DNA of 64,000 nt from Nemertoderma westbladi (Eukaryota; Animalia; Xenacoelomorpha), in assembly GCA_032718475.1 (NCBI GenBank), contig JAUCBJ010005099.1:1-64000 (forward strand). Reading direction: 5' to 3'. Positions 56,376-64,000 of this stretch are shown one piece after another; position 1 is the first letter of the stretch, and each line of letters begins with the position of its first letter. The notes under the pieces are model-generated. The model was not told the DNA's origin and made no database searches. It worked only from the letters and a program-made list of their open reading frames with translations. A program made the position numbers and the translations under genes.

Positions 56376-57630
56376 TGTTCGCGCTTTTGAAGACCTTTAG
56401 CAGTTTAACCTGCCAAATTGATATGTCTTTTAGTTAATTAAAACCACTTTAGCATACGACAATAATTTATGCTAATACGCAAAACATTAGCCGAAGTCAG
56501 CCCATGCGCGATCATTCACCCGATGGATCTACACCCGGGAGACTGAATTCGGATGCTTGAATTGTATTATTACAGTGTAAGGTTGCAGTGTATACCTAAT
56601 GTATTATTCGATAGATCGTTAATAATTAATCTCTGACAGATATTATTGGCTTTCGGGAAATATTAACAGTTCCTTTAGGACGTGGCGCTTTATCTATTTA
56701 AACAGAACTAAGACTTATACTAAACGCAACGATACTGCTTATGATTAAAGTATAAAACGTATTCTTTAGGAAATACTTTGTTACCAATCACAATCATACA
56801 CACTATTCTGCCGACAGTCAGTACATTTGATCACACATAAAGAGAGCAGTAATTGACTCACGTAGGGTCTGCTAAATAACATTGGATTCAATACACACCA
56901 CATTAATATAAATCGCAATTGTTATGTATAACCGGTCTCTCTAACCTGTAGTGTTATCAAGAAAATTGGGAATTGGGTGATTTATCCGTATTATCCAAAT
57001 AGCAATATTTCCATCAACAAATATTTACAATTAATAACTGACGGTAAAATAACAGTACAAACAATATGATTAATGAGTTAGTTAAGTAAGGTGAGATGAG
57101 TGATTTAAGTCAGTGAGTTCGTTTCGTTAGGTAACAGTTTATACTTTCGATAATTCAAGCAGTTTACGGTACAGCAGTATCTATCCAAAAATGCCGGTGT
57201 TTCTGGCTTAGACAGCAATAACAACAAAGTATCAACAAAAAAACAGTAAGACTGAACACTCTCCTTATGATCGGCAGAAAAGCTACACGTCGACAGGAAA
57301 AACCGCCCTGATTGGCCCAAGCCAAACAAAGAACCACGCGGCCAATGGCTGTTTCCATGTCAGCAACCAGCTGCTAGATGTCGTAATATGAATCATCACG
57401 GCTAAGCTGTGAAAGGTGGTTGGTGCATTACAAGTTTTTGTCTTACCATGTCCGCTAAAACACGTATATAGCAGAATGATTTTTATGTCCGTTAAAACAC
57501 CTGTAAAGGTACCTTGCGGGCGAGGGGAATATATATACAGTTAGAAAACCTTTTTTAGAGTATTCCAGCGCCTGGGGGGGAACTGGCCAGCAAAGGCAAA
57601 CGTATCAGTTATCCCACAAAAGCTTTTACA
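56376..57630 (-). repeat. 3' LTR of family B copy 2 (~1.26 kb, TGT...ACA)
   Basis: Reverse complement of 900-2127 with scattered divergence. Confidence 0.88.
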
Positions 57631-57708
57631 CCGCTCCCAGAAAATGGGATTTAGGTCTATAAAATATACAAAATCACAGTTTCTAAAATACAAAAATACT
57701 CTAAACAG

Positions 57709-59159
57709 TTAGTCTTTCTTGCGCGGACGGCGTTTACGCAGTTTTTTTTGAAGCTAGTAAGAGTCCTTTTCTCTTTGGGGCGAGCCACTTTACTAGGAGG
57801 GCTATAACTCCTGGGTGAAGGGTGCAATATGATTGCATCAGAAGGTATGGGATTGCGATCGGTATATCCGCCGGTCGAAGTACCGGGTTGATTGACCTCA
57901 ACGTCCGGGGAGAGGGTCTAACGGCTTTGAGAGCTCGTTTCAAGACAGCCGCTCTTACGGGTCCTGTACGAGTGGTCTGCACGAGGGCCGTGGGTGGACC
58001 ATAGGTAGTTAGAAACTTCCTTGGTTTAATGGTTCTTTCCAACTCGCGTTCGCGGGCTCGGTACTCGTAAGGCCGTCGATATACTTCCTGTAACTCAGGG
58101 TGTGAGTTAACAAACAATTATCCATAGTCCGGATCCTGACGGATATGATTGATTAAGTTATAGGAATGAAGGTCGCTAGGATTAACACTCTTGAGAAATT
58201 TGCGTACGAATTTGGTTGAAATACATTCTCCGACGCGCTTCAGTAGCTCGTAACTTGATATGCGTGATTTCTGTTCAACCGAAGCGAATAGATAAGGATG
58301 TAACGCATAAACTCCTTCGTAAGCGCGTCCGGGATAATAGCGATGGCGCGAATCACAATATAAATCAGCGTTCGCTTCCCAAGCTCTGATATAACGTAGT
58401 ACAATCATTTCATCTACGCTCTCTAAATCATGGTTAAAGGGACAATCAAAGCTGGCATGTCCTTTTAATTGACAATGATGGCATTGAGTCATAAATTGGG
58501 GGCAGACAGCAAAAATGTGCAAATTATTAAGCCGACAATATGCACAATAGATTTCCATCGACGGTTGTTCGTGGAAATAGGAACAGAGATCGTTGGTATC
58601 CATAGACGTAATATGGTCTCTCGATGCGCACAGCCGACAACGTCGTCTAGAAACATAATTAGCATGGCGATAATCATACGCAGTAAGACACTGAGGACCT
58701 TGATACCATTCCAATATGTAGTCGCTATCGCTACTCCGAGACGTGGGAGGCTGAATCTCCTCAGATTCTAGACATATTGGTTCGTCTTCCCAGTCTGTTA
58801 CGAATAGAATTTTCGTGATCTATTCTCGTTTTATCGTTACGACGCCGCTGGGTATGATATTTAAATAGAACCATTTCCCTTTCGGTGTCTACATCGTCCG
58901 TATCATGTAAATCGATAGGATGGCCGGTAGTTAAGAAGTCCATATACGTACCATTACGATGCGTATAGCGAGCGGTTAATTTTCGATAGTCCAATTCACG
59001 CGTAAGTTGCTCTTGGGACATCGGCGGTTCGATATAATGACCATCATCCTCCGTAATAGTCGGATCGGCTTCACCGCGTATCAAGCTATCCACAAACGCT
59101 TGTAAAGGTAGAGTATATCGCTCCCTGATACCAAGGTCATCTTCTATCAATTCCGTCAT
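57709..59159 (-). pseudogene. Disrupted accessory zinc-knuckle gene of family B copy 2
   Basis: Relative to 1-822: in-frame TAA at 58118-58120 and a 1-nt deletion near 57915. Knuckles CRLCASRDH..C, CAYC..H..C, CHHCQLKGHASFDC. The upstream ATG ORF 58761-59159 overlaps in another frame. Confidence 0.8.
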
Positions 59160-60777
59160 ATTTGCTATCTGAGTTTGTTAATATCAATATAAGTTAATAT
59201 TTTAGGTAAGCGGGCGTCGCTTCCTACTCGGCCTTTTGCCCCCGGACAGTGGGTTTCTCAGCGCCGATGTACCGCTGTCGCAGTGTTTACGCCAACATGT
59301 AGCACAGCACGACAACGATAACCGGCACAAGTCCCACCACTGTCCGTCCCAAAGGCTTGAATCCACTTGAGGTTATCTCGGTAGAGTTAGGGCTATTTTA
59401 CAATTGCGATTAGCTACTGTAAACACACTTTAGTAGTAACATTCACCTATAAACGCACAAATTCCATACAATCATTACTTACTGCACACATGCATGCCAT
59501 TTGTCCGTTAGTCAGTGTCTTCCAGAATGTCACGTATTTACTATGTATCCTTGGATACTAATAGTGCGCTATGTATACTCTTATGCTACGCAATGGGGCA
59601 AGCCTTTTATTGTTCCCTTAACTTGCTTCTAATTCTAGCGTGGGTGTTGCCATGGTGACATTATGGAAAACTAGCGGTAGAATTAGGGCAATCCTCATGC
59701 ATACAGATCTGGGATGTTATTTAATAGTAATTCTTTAATTGTCAATATCCTCTTTATGCATGATTTTATAAATTTTATCGGCTATTGACTATATGCTGGA
59801 GATTCTCACACTCTAATACACTCAATATGAATCTCCGCTCCCATGATCTATTAATTACTGGAATTTTGGGAATGTTATAAATTGCACAAAATGACAATTT
59901 ATGAAATTCATTTAAATATGAATTTAATTTATTCCCGTGAATTTTATTATTTGATGTTAAATTGACATAAATTTTATTCCAGAGCAAGTCTGGGGACATA
60001 AGATCCTTAATTCTATGAAATTTGTCTTTTAAGAGTATCGGTAAGTGCTACGATATCTTAATCGACTAGAATTGTTAACGGATCTGAATTTTAAAGATTT
60101 TAATAAATATTAAATTAATATTTAGGATGGGCACCGATTTATTCCAGAACTTGTCTGGGGACGTTAACCACTGATTCTAGAATTTGTCTTTCAAGTATAT
60201 CGGTGGGTGCCACGATATCTTAATCGACTAGAATTACAGATGGTCAAAAGTTTAACAGATTTATTTGCGATTGACGCTACTGTTAGAGGGACATCACGCT
60301 ACTATATGTATTATTTGTTATAAGGTAGAAGAGCAATATCGCACGAAGCAATGTCAGTGTGAAGAGGCAAGTCGTTTCCAAGGTCTACCCAGAGCTTGGT
60401 TTAGCCGAGACACGAGGATCTGAACTTTGCATTCCTAATACTCTGCCTACCAATAATACTTAAATATAGTAGTGGCTTTACCGTACTTTAAGAAGTACTG
60501 ACATGTCATCTTACTATAGTCTCGCATTTATAATATAATACGGACAGTAAGGAAAGAGAAAATAATTACTTCTTGCCGTCGCACTAAATATATATTATAA
60601 GTAATTATGTACGTAATAAACACTAATATATTGCACTAATCTACTAACATTCTAAAATAACATTTTACTAAATAGAATTAAATAAAAACGATTATAATAA
60701 AGTACATAATAAAGTTCGCATATAAAATGTAATAAAATAGATAAAATAATATAGTCATACACCCACTCCATATATAA

Positions 60778-63700
60778 TTACGTTATGGAGTCCCTAGATC
60801 TTTGTCGAATTAGGGAAGTGGTCGTAGGAAGAGTATCCTGCCTTCCATGGTTTCCGGACAGTTTTCGGTCTCTTTCCAGTAAACCTAAGCGACCAGCTGG
60901 GCGATTAGGCTGTCGTGTTACTTCCGCCGCTCCCTTGGCCTGTCTAATCTCCTCAGTGGTAAGATGAGGAGGCCATTCATCTTCTTCTTTACTTAGGGAG
61001 TCGGGTCCACCTAACCAGCCGGGAGTATCTATCCGTTCTTGAGGAGTTGCTCTTCTGGAATCGATGTCGGCTGGATTAATCGTCCCAAGGCAATGTCTCC
61101 ATTGATCTACATTGGAGTTAATATCGTCATTATCTGAGGAGTATGGTGTTCCCTCAGTTGGATCGTCCACATCACTGCTCTCCACTTCCCCCTTTACTTG
61201 GTATACCTGTGGTTGAGGTAATCTCTCTTTGAGAGTTCTACGGGAAGGGCCAGTGAAGTACCAACCTACTCTAGTTCTTACCGCATAGGTTTGCAGTGGC
61301 TGCGGTTGAGCAGGCCGTTTCTCCAATGGCTCGAGCGCCTCATGCGCGTTTTGGCCGATGATTATTTGCACTCCAGGATAATCTGTCTGGAATCGAGGTA
61401 TCTTAAGATGTTGGATGCTCTCATCCTCGTCCCAACTATAAAGGTCTGCTTGGTTAGTAGCGAAGTTCTTTATAGCCACCATTTTTACTGACCTTATACT
61501 TTGTGCTCCTAATTTATCCTGGGGGGTGGACAACGCACCTACATAGTAATCTGCCGTTATGGTAGATTTCCAAACCTGCATAATTCCTGACATATTCAAT
61601 TTAGTCCGGAACTTGGGTTGTCCAGCAAAGATATCTTCGGCTAGTTCTTGATCGATGAATGTTCCTGTGCTGCCGGAGTCAAGTAGGGCGTTCACTATGT
61701 AACTCTTGTTGGGACCATGAACTCGAACTTGCACTACAGGAAATTCTCTTATTCCTATGTTGGAAGTTGGAACTTTCCAAGATGGTTGTTTGTCAAAAGG
61801 AGTTGGAGTAAACTCGTCAGTGTCCTTTTCATCCGTAAGTGCTCGATACACTGTGGTATTTATTAGATAACAGGATTCGTTGGCATCGGAGAATTCGTCT
61901 GTATAGAATCCTTCCCACTCAGAACCTTGGTCAGTGTCGTTCACATCACTGAATTGGACATGTAGTTCGGGCTCACTTACCTGACTCGGGTTGTCTCGTT
62001 CGAACTCACTGTGTAACAAGATGTGATGTTTCGCGCCACACTTTGCACACTTTGCGTCGGAGTAACAGGTTCGCCGTTGGTGTCCTGATCTGAGGCAATT
62101 ATAGCATAACCGCTTATTCCACAGGACTGTACGTCTGTCTACAGGGGATTTCTTTAGAAATTCAGCACACGCACTCAAACGGTGAGGCCCGTCGCACAGC
62201 GCACATTTTGGTTTGATGTTACTCACCTTAACTTGGTTAACGTTCTGCACTCTCGTTCTTTCTTCGGGCTTTCTTCCGTGAATTCTCTTAGGAGACGTAG
62301 GAGGAGTTGTTGTTACCTGTTCTCTCCTGTCACTGGTTCGAGACTTGTATTTACTTACGTCTTTATAGGTCTTGTTGTCATAGTAAGATTTTGCTGTGTC
62401 TTTCCCGCTGTCCTCTTCTTGAGAAGCTTGGCTTTCGCCGTCGTCAGTATAACACACTGGTATTATCCTTCTCCTAGAATCGGGTTTCTCACTTACCTTA
62501 TTTTCCGATGTTTTCTCTCTGGCCTGCCTTATGAGTTGTAATTTTACTTCACTATCTAAGAAAGACATGAGATCAGCCATGGTAGGACTTCGTCGTTGTT
62601 GTTCATTCATGTACAACACTTTCTTGTCCCAGCGTGTACATACTCCACCCTTTGGTAAAGTAGAGACTACGGCTCCAATAACCATGGAACTCTGGTATTC
62701 GTGCGACTTACCTAACCAGTCCAGTTGTCTACAGATCTCTTGTATTTCATCGGAAAATTCTATAATCCCACTACTAAGGAAGTGTCGGGGGGCTACCAAT
62801 TTTGTATACAAATACTTAGCTATGTTATCTTTGTTACCATACCTGATGTTTAATGTATCCCAAACTTGTCTTAATCCATCTGGATGTCCAATAAACTTTA
62901 ACGCCATTAACTTGGGAGGTCCTTCCAAACACTTGATGAGGAATCTAAGTTTCTCTCCGTTAGATAGTACAGAGTTCTGTATGCTATCTTTGTAATATTC
63001 GTTGAAAGGTAACCATTTCATCTCATCCCCATTGAATTTGACGATCTCTCCCACTTTGACCGCTTGGCGGGCTTCTGTTCTAGCCATCTGACGCGTAAAG
63101 CTTTCTTGGGCCATCGTGTTATTTAATATCGAATTATCGGTATACAAATTTCTCGGATCATTATCAGGTCTATAGGGAATATCATTAATAACAGGTCTAT
63201 AATCACCCTTAATAGGGTTTGCTATAGGAGTTTCAACTTCACTAGCAGTATAGATGCGTGTAGGCTCCACACCTTGCGCATGTGATACTTCAGACCTAAC
63301 GGGTTGACACAATGTTACAGGGGGCATTGGTATGCCTTTTTGTATATTGACTAATTTGTCGCGTTCTAGCGCGATACTTTGCTGCACTTCTTGCAACTCT
63401 GCTCTACTTTCCCTCACTGTTCCCTTAAGTTGGTGGACAGTCTCCTGCATCTGTCCTAGCAGGAGATTCATCCCCCGCCGTCCCTCTTCCACCCACTCAA
63501 CCGCCGAAGCGGGAGTCGCCAACATAGTAGCGGGCTGACGCGGGACGACGGGAGACAAATTATTGATTTCTCTCTCTGCTATCTGGACAGGGGTGTTTGC
63601 ATGGGCTGTTCCACCGGGTACAGGCAGTGTAGTGCTATGTAAAGGGAATTTAGAGTTAAGCTCTGGAAGTGTAGGGGTCTCTAGCACAGAAGTGACTTTG

Positions 63701-64000
63701 GGAATTACAGGCCTAATTATTTCAGGTTCATCGACTATAGTAGGGACTTCTGCTTCTGCCGCCGCTGCCTTTCTTTCTGCTTCTGCTTCTGCCGTAGCAG
63801 CCGCCTTTTGTTCCTCTATCCTTCTTTTCTTTATTTGTTCTTCTCGAACTCTAGTGAGACGGAGTTTTTCATCACATTCAGCTTGGTTTGCAGCTAACAT
63901 TTCGGTATCGATCGCGTCCAATATAAGCTTGGTTCCTTCACTATTAGGGGAAAGTCCATGTAGCCGTCTCCTCAACTCTTCGTCTCCTAGGAATCGCTGA
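60778..64000 (-). CDS. BEL/Pao Gag-protease ORF ending without RT (5' end off window)
   Basis: DUF1759-like KFNGDEMKWLPF..EKLRFLIKCLEG; knuckles CALCDGPH..C, CYNCLRSGHQRRTC, CAKCGAKHHILLH; protease ALLDSGSTGTFI and IIIGQN..GW; stop at 60778. Confidence 0.9.
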   Translation of the reverse strand, partial: QRFLGDEELRRRLHGLSPNSEGTKLILDAIDTEMLAANQAECDEKLRLTRVREEQIKKRRIEEQKAAATAEAEAERKAAAAEAEVPTIVDEPEIIRPVIPKVTSVLETPTLPELNSKFPLHSTTLPVPGGTAHANTPVQIAEREINNLSPVVPRQPATMLATPASAVEWVEEGRRGMNLLLGQMQETVHQLKGTVRESRAELQEVQQSIALERDKLVNIQKGIPMPPVTLCQPVRSEVSHAQGVEPTRIYTASEVETPIANPIKGDYRPVINDIPYRPDNDPRNLYTDNSILNNTMAQESFTRQMARTEARQAVKVGEIVKFNGDEMKWLPFNEYYKDSIQNSVLSNGEKLRFLIKCLEGPPKLMALKFIGHPDGLRQVWDTLNIRYGNKDNIAKYLYTKLVAPRHFLSSGIIEFSDEIQEICRQLDWLGKSHEYQSSMVIGAVVSTLPKGGVCTRWDKKVLYMNEQQRRSPTMADLMSFLDSEVKLQLIRQAREKTSENKVSEKPDSRRRIIPVCYTDDGESQASQEEDSGKDTAKSYYDNKTYKDVSKYKSRTSDRREQVTTTPPTSPKRIHGRKPEERTRVQNVNQVKVSNIKPKCALCDGPHRLSACAEFLKKSPVDRRTVLWNKRLCYNCLRSGHQRRTCYSDAKCAKCGAKHHILLHSEFERDNPSQVSEPELHVQFSDVNDTDQGSEWEGFYTDEFSDANESCYLINTTVYRALTDEKDTDEFTPTPFDKQPSWKVPTSNIGIREFPVVQVRVHGPNKSYIVNALLDSGSTGTFIDQELAEDIFAGQPKFRTKLNMSGIMQVWKSTITADYYVGALSTPQDKLGAQSIRSVKMVAIKNFATNQADLYSWDEDESIQHLKIPRFQTDYPGVQIIIGQNAHEALEPLEKRPAQPQPLQTYAVRTRVGWYFTGPSRRTLKERLPQPQVYQVKGEVESSDVDDPTEGTPYSSDNDDINSNVDQWRHCLGTINPADIDSRRATPQERIDTPGWLGGPDSLSKEEDEWPPHLTTEEIRQAKGAAEVTRQPNRPAGRLGLLERDRKLSGNHGRQDTLPTTTSLIRQRSRDSIT

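Larger units (their letters stand above)
56376..64000 (-). mobile_element. BEL/Pao-related LTR element family B, copy 2 (gag-protease + accessory gene + 3' LTR; no RT/RH/IN); 5' end beyond window
   Basis: LTR 56376-57630, PPT 57631-57638, accessory ORF remnants 57709-59159, gag-PR ORF 60778-63975+. Confidence 0.88.

Overview
AT-rich, repeat-dense animal (probably invertebrate) genomic window. Host coding content is small: an intronless GEMIN8-like ORF (27073-27708, minus), a probable first coding exon of synapsin (53342-53471, plus) and possibly a Pro/Ser/Thr-rich repeat exon. The main feature is a young, intact, 17.4-kb BEL/Pao LTR retrotransposon (8049-25465, minus, TSD ATCGT). It has five unusual traits: (i) ~1.9-kb LTRs ending TAT...ATA instead of TGT...ACA; (ii) no TGG tRNA primer-binding site, but an 11-nt post-LTR sequence exactly complementary to an 11-mer inside its own LTR (candidate self-priming); (iii) a tRNA-derived Pol III unit in U3; (iv) a short hairpin motif dispersed six times along the RNA; (v) a post-pol accessory gene with three CCHC knuckles and a candidate -1 frameshift signal. 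A second BEL/Pao-related family has two partial, inverted copies (1-2127 plus; 56376-64000 minus). It encodes a clear homologue of the accessory protein, showing purifying selection, but the copy whose interior is visible has gag-protease only and no RT/RNase H/integrase. The rest is RTE-group and L2-like LINE fragments, mariner, Harbinger, MULE, CMC, piggyBac and Helentron-like non-autonomous elements, minisatellites, and a 6.5-kb 17-bp satellite made of AP-1-like TGACTCA sites. All calls are by eye; no database search was run.
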